A stretch of 64,000 bases of DNA from an uncultured bacterium (GTDB lineage: Bacteria; Patescibacteriota; Minisyncoccia; Phycocordibacterales; CAIZLB01). Position 1 is the first letter of the stretch, and each line of letters starts with the position of its first letter. Shown here piece by piece: positions 29,760-38,435 of this stretch. The notes beneath the pieces were generated by a model. That model was not told the origin of the DNA. It saw nothing but the letters and a program-made list of their open reading frames with translations, and did no database searches. A program made the position numbers and the translations under genes. The stretch spans positions 11,309 through 75,308 of the forward strand of contig CAINHC010000021.1 of the NCBI GenBank assembly GCA_903848795.1, written 5' to 3'.

Positions 29760-30872
29760 CTAAAATGTCCTGAAATAACAAGATGACCCTTGTACACTTC
29801 TAATAAAATCATCCTTTTGATCTCGAGACATTGTTGGGTTTTTAAGGACCTGCTCTATCACTGAAGCCTGACTTTCATTACCAGTTAACTTACTTCCCAA
29901 GACCGAACTCAACAAATCGAGGAGGGTTTGACTACATGTCTTGGTAATTAGTCCGAATACAGCCTCAACTTCCTTATTGGAATTCATGGTTAACGTACAC
30001 ACTCCAGTACCTGAACATGTACTTTCCTTTACTAACGGACTCCATCTTATAAAAACAGATTTATCATTAGGTATTGCTGTTAAGGTAACCTTACTATTTT
30101 CCTTATACTTTTCAAAACAATCATTTTCACAGTTTATCCCTTGGCCAACAATTTTTCCTCCAGGCTCTCCGTTAAAATTAGTCACGACCACGCTAGTTTT
30201 TAAGGAATATCTATTCTCTCTTGGAGAAAATCTAGCGAAAACCTTTTTGTCCTTATTCATTATGACAGAAATAGTGGATCCTTGTTCTGTAGAATCTCCA
30301 CTCCAACCATCAAAAATTGAATTTGCATCTGGTGTTGCCTTTAGACTCACAACTGTATTTGGATTATACAAGTTTGAACACGCATTGCCGCAATTAATAA
30401 TATTATCAGAGGACACAACAACACCCTTTCCATGAATTACCACTATCTTTCCGCTAGCGTCTAACTTGCCAGTTATAACTGATGACGGAGAAACCAATAA
30501 ACTATATTTACTACTATTATAATTCGAATTATTAATGCCAGAGTTACTACTTAAATTAGTACCACTATTACTGCTTAAGTTCGAACCGCTGTTACTACTA
30601 ATGTTACTACCGCTAGTATTAGGTTGACTATTAGAAGTAGACGGAGAATTCACAGATGAACTAGGCACAACAGCATTCCCAACCGCCGCCACTAAATTAC
30701 CCGCCCCGCTTCCAACATATCCAAGTGTGTTTTTAATATTTGAGTATTGTGAGAAAATTAGCGCCAATGCCAACACCGCAACAAATGCTGTTGGGTATTT
30801 TGAATTAAATTGTTTTGATTTCATGTTAATTTTAATATATAAGAAGTAAGATACCACTTTAGTATATAACAC
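29760..30872 (-). CDS. Secreted protein with Ser/Asn-rich linker and two divergent InlB B-repeat-like domains
   Basis: Signal peptide from the internal Met (MKSKQFNSKYPTAFVAVLALALIF); repeats IINCGNACSNLYNPNTVVSLKATPDANSIFDGWSG and GINCENDCFEKYKENSKVTLTAIPNDKSVFIRWSP (C..C..Y..G..V.L.A.P......F..WS pattern). Confidence 0.5.
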   Translation of the reverse strand: MLYTKVVSYFLYIKINMKSKQFNSKYPTAFVAVLALALIFSQYSNIKNTLGYVGSGAGNLVAAVGNAVVPSSSVNSPSTSNSQPNTSGSNISSNSGSNLSSNSGTNLSSNSGINNSNYNSSKYSLLVSPSSVITGKLDASGKIVVIHGKGVVVSSDNIINCGNACSNLYNPNTVVSLKATPDANSIFDGWSGDSTEQGSTISVIMNKDKKVFARFSPRENRYSLKTSVVVTNFNGEPGGKIVGQGINCENDCFEKYKENSKVTLTAIPNDKSVFIRWSPLVKESTCSGTGVCTLTMNSNKEVEAVFGLITKTCSQTLLDLLSSVLGSKLTGNESQASVIEQVLKNPTMSRDQKDDFIRSVQGSSCYFRTF

Positions 30873-30919
30873 GAACTTAATATTATCAACAACATAGCCC
30901 TACAATAAGTGGATAAATC

Positions 30920-31420
30920 CTACACCGTTAACCTCCTCAACTCGGCAATCTCCGTCTCAAGACGATGCTCATCAATTTTTAGCCTAGCAATCTCACCTTC
31001 CTCAATCTTCTTCCTTCCTTGAACCACATTGAGTTCTCGCGCTTGATTTGCACCTGTTTTTTCTGCGTACGCCTTTAGACTCATCTCTTTTTCAATTTCC
31101 TTTTCTAAATCTCTAATCTTGTTTTTTAGTTCTCTAATTTTAAAATCAAAGTTGTCAGTATGACCATGCGCAGTGGTTGATAGTTTAACAACGCTAGAAT
31201 CTACTCTTTTCAAATCCATTGTTCTTCTACTAATCTCATCCTTTATCATGCGAAGCTTCACTTCTTTTGATTGAATATTCTGCTTGGCACGCATTTGCTG
31301 TTCTCTCTTTCTCTGCTCTGTTATTTGCCTTAGGCGCATTTGCTCCCCTGCAGCAGCATCAAACCCAAGCGCCTGCTTGTGTTGTGAAAAACTATTGCCC
31401 TGTTGATATCCAAATACCAT
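30920..31420 (-). CDS. Charged coiled-coil protein, last gene of the pilus-like operon
   Basis: Heptad-rich with K/E/R-rich sequence; no TM helix. Confidence 0.35.
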   Translation of the reverse strand: MVFGYQQGNSFSQHKQALGFDAAAGEQMRLRQITEQRKREQQMRAKQNIQSKEVKLRMIKDEISRRTMDLKRVDSSVVKLSTTAHGHTDNFDFKIRELKNKIRDLEKEIEKEMSLKAYAEKTGANQARELNVVQGRKKIEEGEIARLKIDEHRLETEIAELRRLTV

Positions 31421-31429
31421 ATTGTTTTA

Positions 31430-31903
31430 TTATACACCATTATCTATGGAATCAAAAAATAAAAGGTCTGATTGATATCTTTTGTTATGATTAAATTTAG
31501 CGACGTCGTCATTGTTTAAAATTATATTCATTGAGCAATCTTCCGGGAGACTTGGACAAACCCTACTTGACGAAGAAATTAGAGTTGAATATAGTGTTTC
31601 CACTTTTTGATTACTCATTCTAGTTCGCCCATATAGATTAGAAAAATAAATTTTATAAACATCTTGGTTTTGAATTTCAGCGACCCTCGCCTGAGTAGAT
31701 AGTTGAGCACTCATCCAAATCATTGATTCTATGGCAGTGACAGCAAAAATTATAAAGATGGAGCAATAAATGACGACCTCTATTAGTGTGAAGCCTTTGT
31801 TTTGGCGGGCGTTTTGGCAGGCACGAGCAACTGAAATGACCCGGTTAGGCTGACTAACCCCCTGGGCGGTCCCGATCGAATTGATTTTATTTTTTATAAT
31901 CAT
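31430..31903 (-). CDS. Type IV pilin / pseudopilin with class III (prepilin peptidase) signal and an unusually long ~37-aa leader
   Basis: ...ARQNKG|FTLIEVVIYCSIFIIFAVTAIESM carries the G/FTLIE cleavage-methylation motif plus a hydrophobic helix. Confidence 0.65.
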   Translation of the reverse strand: MIIKNKINSIGTAQGVSQPNRVISVARACQNARQNKGFTLIEVVIYCSIFIIFAVTAIESMIWMSAQLSTQARVAEIQNQDVYKIYFSNLYGRTRMSNQKVETLYSTLISSSSRVCPSLPEDCSMNIILNNDDVAKFNHNKRYQSDLLFFDSIDNGV

Positions 31904-31924
31904 ATATTAAAAGTTGTTAGCATA

Positions 31925-33223
31925 TTAAGCGGGTTTTAATTCGAATATAATCGGCGTAATAGATTCAGTCGAAGTTCCAGCCATTTTATATATCGACCCG
32001 ACTCCAAATATTTTTGACCCAAAACAATCCATGTCATATACCGCTCCGCCGACATCTATTGTTTGAATTATCTTAGAGATATCCTCCTCATTCCTAATTT
32101 GAATCTTTGAATTACTTTTCCCTTCCGCCAAGAACAGCTCGTGATTTGCGATTATCATGGAATAAATTCCGTCATTAACATCGATTGAATTAATTAGGTC
32201 ATAGCTATATGTGCTTGATGCTGAAGTCGCGACTAACACTGAAGAGTAATCTCTCGTCATGTTAACTTTGAATAATTCATTGTTGCCCGTAGTTCTGCCT
32301 ACATATATCGCACCATCCTTTGCAATTAAACTTCTAACATTCCCAAGCGATCCAAATAAATCAAAAGTATTCAGAGGTGACGCTGTCGCAAACGAAGAAG
32401 TTGTTGTCGAAAATGGCGGAAAATCACAGTTCAAACAAAAGTCATTTATCTCAGGCTCTTTTGCTGTTGAAATTAGTAAATGCAAATATTTATCATACAT
32501 CGGCCAAATATCCTGAACAGAGCTATCCAGCTCCCACTTTCTATTTATCGCAGAAGGGAGTCCTCCACCTATTTTATTCAAATCAATGGACAACAACTCT
32601 TCCCCACTATTTTTCTTGAGTCCAAGGAAAAGATTTGGGTAAATTGCCGATATTTTAGTTCCATATACCGGATTCCCAGATGATGACCAAGGTACTTTAT
32701 AATCCCCAGCCTTCTCCAGTTTTTTGGAAACTGAATTAAATTTAAATCGCTGAAGTGTACTATTCACACTGGAGTTAATGAGAAATAAATTTTTGCCGAC
32801 AAGTGCGCCGCCAACAATCCCAGGACCCGAATCCACTTTATCAATCGGAACCAAAATATCCTGCGCGTCATATGCAATCAAATCATAATCTGTGGTAGAT
32901 GCAGAATTTAAACCAACGAAAAGATGCTGACCATCTGAGGTTATAAAGACAGCGTCGGTTGAAGTTGATTTAACGGGAATATTTTTGATGGACAGTGTAT
33001 ATGTTTTCGTCGGGGCAATGATGTCGTCGTTAGACTCGCATACATCACCCCTATTCATTAGTGACTCTGACGTAACTTTTGTCACATCAAAAATAGTTTG
33101 ATTTGAAACGTCTTGAATCAACTTATAGGGCGACCTTTCATTTAAATCCATAATATACGAATTCATTGGGACCAAAATCATAATCCAAAGTATTAAGGAT
33201 GTAATTAGTTCTAATATGAGCAT
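31925..33223 (-). CDS. Membrane-anchored hypothetical protein within the pilus operon (possible pilus tip or assembly factor)
   Basis: N-terminal TM helix; 432 aa with beta-rich composition; assigned by operon context only. Confidence 0.3.
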   Translation of the reverse strand: MLILELITSLILWIMILVPMNSYIMDLNERSPYKLIQDVSNQTIFDVTKVTSESLMNRGDVCESNDDIIAPTKTYTLSIKNIPVKSTSTDAVFITSDGQHLFVGLNSASTTDYDLIAYDAQDILVPIDKVDSGPGIVGGALVGKNLFLINSSVNSTLQRFKFNSVSKKLEKAGDYKVPWSSSGNPVYGTKISAIYPNLFLGLKKNSGEELLSIDLNKIGGGLPSAINRKWELDSSVQDIWPMYDKYLHLLISTAKEPEINDFCLNCDFPPFSTTTSSFATASPLNTFDLFGSLGNVRSLIAKDGAIYVGRTTGNNELFKVNMTRDYSSVLVATSASSTYSYDLINSIDVNDGIYSMIIANHELFLAEGKSNSKIQIRNEEDISKIIQTIDVGGAVYDMDCFGSKIFGVGSIYKMAGTSTESITPIIFELKPA

Positions 33224-33237
33224 GGGTGAATAATTAA

Positions 33238-34305
33238 TTAATAACCCGTGTACGATATTAATGAATACATCGGAGTGATAATCGACACGGCAATAAAGCC
33301 CACTCCAAGACCGACCATTATCATCGATACTGGCTCAATCAATTTATTGATCATTGTAATACCATCATCAAAATATTCTTGATGAATATCGGCAATTGAA
33401 GAAAATGTTTCTGAAATTGAACCAGTTTGTTCTCCGCAAACAATGAGCGGTACCCAGATTTTATTTTCTCTTGATATTTCTCGGCTTATACTTCTTGATA
33501 ACAAAACCCCACTCTCAACATCTCGAGCAACGTTTAATAACTTTATTTTTTCTTTAGGGATAATTGATCCCATCGCCGAGTCTCTGAGAGATTCCACCAA
33601 AAGTCCGCTAGATGCAAAAACTTCACTTGCAATACGAAAGCTGATAAGGGCGGAGTAGTGACTAAGCAGTGCGCCGAGAATTGGGACCTTCACCAAAAAA
33701 GCGCCGACATAATTTTTGAAATAATTAATCCCCTTATTTTTGATGATAAATAAAATTAAAAATGTGCAGAGGATAATGAGGCTAGAAATAAAGATAATTA
33801 CATGAATCAAATATGTACTCAAGAAAAATAGGACTTGCGTTGTCCAAGGAATTTTGATTCGGCCTCCGCTAAAGAGTGGTTTAATTTTAGGAACAATTAT
33901 TATCAGGATCATAAACACCAATATGATGGACACTGTGAATATAATGAAAGGATAAAGCAAGGCAAGTAAAAACTTGGATTTGGTTTTGTCTATGCTTTTA
34001 CTCATTTCACATACTCTATTAATCCCCTCTGCTAAACTACCGGACTCCTCAGACTTTTTGATGATTGTTAATTCATAATCTCTAATTGGTAAACCCAACT
34101 CTTCAATTGACTGACCAAATGTTTTACCTGATTTTAAATTATCAATTATTTGCCTTTTCCAATCAAAATTATTTTCGTCACAAAAAACTTCCAATGATTC
34201 AATCAGTGGAACACCAGAAGAATACAATCTGGCGAACATTTTGAAATGCCCGAGTATTTCTTTTCTTAATTTTGATTTGCTAATTTTCTTCATATTTTGG
34301 TTCAA
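33238..34305 (-). CDS. Type II secretion / type IV pilus platform protein (GspF/PilC family)
   Basis: Two T2SSF-like halves with three TM helices. The C-terminal region (GEQTGSISETFSSIADIHQEYFDD...IEPVSMIMVGLGVGFIAVSIITPMY) is typical of GspF/PilC. Confidence 0.7.
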   Translation of the reverse strand: MNQNMKKISKSKLRKEILGHFKMFARLYSSGVPLIESLEVFCDENNFDWKRQIIDNLKSGKTFGQSIEELGLPIRDYELTIIKKSEESGSLAEGINRVCEMSKSIDKTKSKFLLALLYPFIIFTVSIILVFMILIIIVPKIKPLFSGGRIKIPWTTQVLFFLSTYLIHVIIFISSLIILCTFLILFIIKNKGINYFKNYVGAFLVKVPILGALLSHYSALISFRIASEVFASSGLLVESLRDSAMGSIIPKEKIKLLNVARDVESGVLLSRSISREISRENKIWVPLIVCGEQTGSISETFSSIADIHQEYFDDGITMINKLIEPVSMIMVGLGVGFIAVSIITPMYSLISYTGY

Positions 34306-35359
34306 ATTTCTTCACCTTATTTTCCCTATCCTCCTCCATTGATTCGTAAGTAAATTCCTGCTTATATCTTTCGTTATTTGAGCTGCCTGAATCATCATCC
34401 ATAAACACACTCTGTGCATCCCCTCCTTTGTTATTTACCAAACTCTCAAACATGGCTATTTGTTCAAAATTCCACTCCGCGCCACTTTCAACCTTTTCGA
34501 GTCTTTGATTAAATATTGCTCTAGTAACCATTGATAATTCATAAGCGTCAGCCCCAAGATATCGGCATCTTCTAATTGTCATCCTTATATCCCTTGCATG
34601 AATTGTGGTAATGACAGTATGCCCCGTCAGTGCAAGATTCATCACACTTTTCATTGTGTCAGAATCCCTGACCTCACCGACATAAATCACATCTGGATCT
34701 TGTCGCATTGAAGCCTTGAGAGCCTGAGCATAATTGAATCCAGATTGAGGGCGTATTTGAACTTGTCTTAGACCCTCTATCCTCCTCTCAACTGGATCCT
34801 CAATCGTTAGTATCTGTTTATTCTCTTCAATCAATGACGAAAGCAAACTATATGCACTCGTAGACTTTCCACTCCCCGTCGGACCAGAAAATATTACAAG
34901 ACCAGGAGATGTCCGTAGACCTTCAAGTAAATTATGAAAGATATTCGACGACATTCCTGCGTCAGTTAAATACTGAATTTGTAAACTCGCGGAATCAAGA
35001 ATACGAAGAACCATACACTCCCCATCGACTCCAGGTATTGTAGCGACACGTACTCTATAACCCTCATGACCAAAACTACCGTCTTGCGGTATATCTTTTA
35101 TATCAATACGCATCTGAGCCAAAATCTTGTATCGACCGATCAGCTCAATATATTGGCCGTAGCTTATGAAGCGACCAACACTCATGTGACCCTTTATTCT
35201 GAATCTAATTTCTGTCCTATCCTTGGATGGCTGAATGTGAATGTCTGAAGCCTTTAATTGTATAGCATCAATGATAAGAGCATCAGCTTGGTCGACTGAG
35301 TTTTTTGAATTTATATATAAAAGTGATTCGATAATATTTTCCTCTTGCTCTTGTACCAT
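34280..35359 (-). CDS. GspE/PilB/PilT-family secretion ATPase
   Basis: Walker A FSGPTGSGKST, Asp box VIYVGEVRD, His box GHTVITTIHA. Overlaps the pilC start by 26 nt. Confidence 0.75.
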   Translation of the reverse strand: MVQEQEENIIESLLYINSKNSVDQADALIIDAIQLKASDIHIQPSKDRTEIRFRIKGHMSVGRFISYGQYIELIGRYKILAQMRIDIKDIPQDGSFGHEGYRVRVATIPGVDGECMVLRILDSASLQIQYLTDAGMSSNIFHNLLEGLRTSPGLVIFSGPTGSGKSTSAYSLLSSLIEENKQILTIEDPVERRIEGLRQVQIRPQSGFNYAQALKASMRQDPDVIYVGEVRDSDTMKSVMNLALTGHTVITTIHARDIRMTIRRCRYLGADAYELSMVTRAIFNQRLEKVESGAEWNFEQIAMFESLVNNKGGDAQSVFMDDDSGSSNNERYKQEFTYESMEEDRENKVKKFEPKYEEN

Positions 35360-35449
35360 GGGGACATACTACCAGAATGACATAATGCTTCTATAAAAAT
35401 TTCTTAAAGAATTTCAAAAGATTTTGTGTATTAAAAAAATAAGCAAGAG

Positions 35450-35870
35450 AAAACCCCCTCCCGAAGATATTGTTCACCAGCTAACCTGCCGATGAATACA
35501 ATAACCCATAGTCCAACTACGAGAGGGGGCCGATGGAGGTGCCATAACACCTCCGAATGAATGCGGAAGACAAGAAAAAGGTTTGGGTTGGGACAAAGAA
35601 TCAGGGGTCTTCATCCCAGTCGCTGATCAGCAGGTGTTCTCCTCATAAGGTTGGGGTGTTCTGCTTTCAGCAAACGACGAGGCGGCCGGCGGCGACGCAC
35701 GAGTCTTCTTGGCGGACGATGGCGGCGGCGGTGCTAAACGACGGCGTAACTGGGGCACGCGGAGTGCCAAATTGGTGTTTGATCATGGGGTTGTGTTCTG
35801 GTTTGGGGTTGTCTGTTTTTCTTTCAGCGGAATACCTCCATAACTGGGAGCTTTTCTGAATATAATGCTA
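35450..35870. other. GC-rich (~52% GC) ~420-nt non-coding island with stable hairpins; candidate structured RNA or foreign DNA remnant
   Basis: Contains ggaggtg-ccataa-cacctcc, long-range complementarity ccccctc...gaggggg, and GC-rich runs ggcggccggcggcgacg and gatggcggcggcggtgct. The only ORF (35557..35859) has no protein-like features. Confidence 0.35.
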
Positions 35871-35969
35871 TCAAAACCACTAAAAATAGCAATATTGTGA
35901 ATATTAGTTTATCCACAACCACTTTATACAACACGCCCGAACCCCAAGGTCAAACCGACCTTCAAAAAA

Positions 35970-36896
35970 CTATATCCTATACTCCCCTACACCCAATCTC
36001 TTAATCGAATACGCCAGAGCGGGCACCTTTAATTTATCGCCAATTAATTCTGCAAGGGTTCTCATATATGAACCGCTAGCGCACTTAACTTTTATTTTTA
36101 TAATTGGATATTCTATTTCCTCATTTTTATGTGCGCTTTTGGTTTTCTTTATTTTCTTTGCAAAAACTTTTTCATTCCATTCATTTAAAATTTTATCTTG
36201 TCTAAAATCCCCCTTAACCTTTGCAATTCTTTTCGAAATATTATTATGCAAAATTTCAATAGGCATCAAACTCAAATCCAGAAATTCAATTTTCTGAATA
36301 GATAATTTGGTCATTGGTCTTAAAAATATTTCTCGCCTGTCTTCGCCTACTTCATTTACGTCACCTTCCTCCTCCGCAAACTCTCTCGCCCACTCATACA
36401 ACGGCTTACCCTCCAGGGTCTTTGAAGAAAACCAAGGATACGGCACCTCCATCTCCCCCACAAACGATTCGCAAATACTTTGGACATTTTTCAGATCAAA
36501 TACAACATCGCCTAAAATCGACTCACCAATCAAACCTAAAATATCCCCCGTATCCGTGCTGACCCCCAACAAGACCTCAACCTCATACTCCTTACTCAGC
36601 CCCAAATACTCATGTTTAGACTTAATGGCCTCACCTCTCAGATATATCATAAGACCCTCAGCCATAGGGTCAAGCCTACCAGCATAGGTAAATTTATCAT
36701 TAAATGGCAAAAAACCTTCGTCCTTAAGACGGTTAAGACACTCGAGTGGAGTCTCCCCCTCATTTTTATAGGCCACAAAAACATCACTTTGTGTAGGCTG
36801 AAGTTGATTGTCTAAATTGCTCATATTAGGATACAATAATACCACTAAATTAATAAATATGAGAAAACTTTTTTTTGACATTGAAACCAGAAACAC
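35970..36896 (-). CDS. Pseudouridine synthase, TruB-like
   Basis: Catalytic-Asp motif AGRLDPMAEGLMIYL and TruB-type KEYEVEVLLGVSTDTGDILG (K.Y...v.lG..TDT.D). Start uncertain (several in-frame Met). Confidence 0.5.
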   Translation of the reverse strand: MFLVSMSKKSFLIFINLVVLLYPNMSNLDNQLQPTQSDVFVAYKNEGETPLECLNRLKDEGFLPFNDKFTYAGRLDPMAEGLMIYLRGEAIKSKHEYLGLSKEYEVEVLLGVSTDTGDILGLIGESILGDVVFDLKNVQSICESFVGEMEVPYPWFSSKTLEGKPLYEWAREFAEEEGDVNEVGEDRREIFLRPMTKLSIQKIEFLDLSLMPIEILHNNISKRIAKVKGDFRQDKILNEWNEKVFAKKIKKTKSAHKNEEIEYPIIKIKVKCASGSYMRTLAELIGDKLKVPALAYSIKRLGVGEYRI

Positions 36897-37434
36897 ATTT
36901 CAGGAGGTTGGCAAGGCCGACCCGGCAGCACTAGATATATCAGTCGTGTGTGCCTATGATTCAGAAACAGAGACCTATTCTAGCTACACACAAGAGGAGC
37001 TGCATAAACTATGGCCATTAATTGAACAATCCGATGTTTTGGTCACCTTCAACGGAGATCACTTTGACATCCCCCTACTCAACAAATATTATCATGGCAA
37101 CCTATTACAAAAGAAAAGCCTTGACCTACTAAAGGAAGTCAAGAAATCACTAGGCTTTCGCGTAGGGCTTGGAGTAATCGCGCAGGGAACATTGAATGCA
37201 GGCAAAAGCGCCCACGGACTTGAAGCTGTTGAATGGTGGAAGAAGGGTGAAATAGACAAAATAATCAAATACTGCTTGGATGATGTAAAAATCACCAAGG
37301 AGGTTCATGATTACGCTATCGCCAATAAGAAGCTTAAATACAAAGAAGGTGAAGCAATAATCGAATTCCCAATGGACACGAAGGACTGGGAGGATACCGG
37401 AGAAAACAAGATGAATTTCACTTTGCCATTTTAG
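36859..37434 (+). CDS. RNase H-like 3'-5' exonuclease (YprB / PolB-exonuclease-like fold)
   Basis: MRKLFFDIETRN (Exo I DxE) and FNGDHFDIPLL, typical of the RNase_H_2 / DnaQ-like superfamily. The track start at 36808 probably overextends. Confidence 0.5.
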   Translation: MRKLFFDIETRNTFQEVGKADPAALDISVVCAYDSETETYSSYTQEELHKLWPLIEQSDVLVTFNGDHFDIPLLNKYYHGNLLQKKSLDLLKEVKKSLGFRVGLGVIAQGTLNAGKSAHGLEAVEWWKKGEIDKIIKYCLDDVKITKEVHDYAIANKKLKYKEGEAIIEFPMDTKDWEDTGENKMNFTLPF

Positions 37435-37492
37435 GCTGACCGTAGGCACAGCGGTCACATTACCCTTTTAATATTAATTCGATTTAGCAAAC

Positions 37493-37579
37493 GATTCAGC
37501 AGAATCGCCTACTGGGCTCGTCCCGACGACGATTCTGGTGAATCGCCTACTGGGCGATTTTGAAGAATCGCCTACTAGG
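37493..37579 (+). promoter_or_regulatory. Three tandem copies of a 24-nt motif GATTC-N4-GAATC-GCCTACT(G/A)GG just upstream of the dsbA-like gene; candidate operator array
   Basis: Copies at 37493-37516, 37531-37554 and 37556-37579 (starts 38 and 25 nt apart). Each holds an internal 5-bp dyad GATTC/GAATC. -10-like tgatataat at 37580-37588, just upstream of the dsbA ATG (37596). Confidence 0.55.
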
Positions 37580-37595
37580 TGATATAATAGACAAC

Positions 37596-38333
37596 ATGGA
37601 AAATACCGAACAGACACAAAGACGTATGTCATTACAAACAATGATTATACCAATCGCCATCATAATCGCTGGCGCATTAATAGCGGGTGGAATTTATATG
37701 AGTGGAACTTCTAAAAAAGCGGATCTATCTGGACCTGCAACAATAAAAGCAGAGATTGTGATAGAACCTGTAACTACAGCGGACCACGTTTTGGGAGATC
37801 CAAAGACAGCAAAGGTTACAATTATTGAATATTCAGATTTGGAATGTCCATTCTGTAAGTCATATCATGAGACTCTTTCAAAATTATATGATGAGAACAA
37901 AGCTGGCGGAAAATTAGCATGGGTATATAGACACGCCCCAATTGTTGAACTGCACAGCAAGTCTCCAAAGGAAGCTGAAGCAACGGAGTGTGCAGCCGAG
38001 CTTGGTGGCAACACAGTATTCTGGAAATATTTAACAGAAGTATTTGGAACCACGCCATCAAACAACGGGCTTAACGCAGATAAACTTTATGAATTTGCAG
38101 ATACAGTTGGTCTGAATGCATCAGCATTTAAGACATGTTTGGATAGTGGAAAGTATGCAACCAAAATTAACGAACAAATAACGGCATCCAAAAAAGCAGG
38201 TGTAGAAGGTACTCCTTATGCTGTACTTGTAATGGATGGAAAGAATGTACCATTGGTTGATAAGGACGGAAATGGACTAGGTGCTCTACCATATCCACAG
38301 ATGAAGCAAATTTTGGATCAATTGATGAAATAG
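37596..38333 (+). CDS. DsbA-like thiol:disulfide oxidoreductase, membrane-anchored
   Basis: N-terminal TM helix; thioredoxin-fold CxxC (DLECPFCKSYH). The track start at 37560 is a TTG; the ATG at 37596 is more plausible. Confidence 0.65.
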   Translation: MENTEQTQRRMSLQTMIIPIAIIIAGALIAGGIYMSGTSKKADLSGPATIKAEIVIEPVTTADHVLGDPKTAKVTIIEYSDLECPFCKSYHETLSKLYDENKAGGKLAWVYRHAPIVELHSKSPKEAEATECAAELGGNTVFWKYLTEVFGTTPSNNGLNADKLYEFADTVGLNASAFKTCLDSGKYATKINEQITASKKAGVEGTPYAVLVMDGKNVPLVDKDGNGLGALPYPQMKQILDQLMK

Positions 38334-38382
38334 GATTTCGAGTAATTGTACTCGCTCGACAGATTGTGAATCAATTTTTAAA

Positions 38383-38417
38383 AGACAAAAGCCCCAACGT
38401 GATGTTGAGGGCTTTTG
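38383..38417. terminator. Bidirectional rho-independent terminator between convergent dsbA and the 437-aa gene
   Basis: aaagcccc-aacgtgatgttga-ggggcttt, flanked by an A-run upstream and a T-run downstream. Confidence 0.6.
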
Positions 38418-38435
38418 TTTTTAGGCTTAATAAAC

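Noticed and set aside
35557-35859. 100-aa ORF inside the GC-rich island, as a protein-coding gene
   Set aside because: The open frame is a by-product of GC richness. The translation is Arg/Gly/Ala-rich with no hydrophobic core or motif, and two other frames are equally open. Treated as non-coding.
35450-35870. Assigning the GC-rich island specifically as tmRNA or RNase P RNA
   Set aside because: By-eye search found no tRNA-like T-loop (GGTTCGAATCC-type), no short tag ORF ending ...AA-stop, and no P4 AGGAAAGUCCGG or ACAGAAUCCGGCUUA motifs on either strand. The identity is left open.
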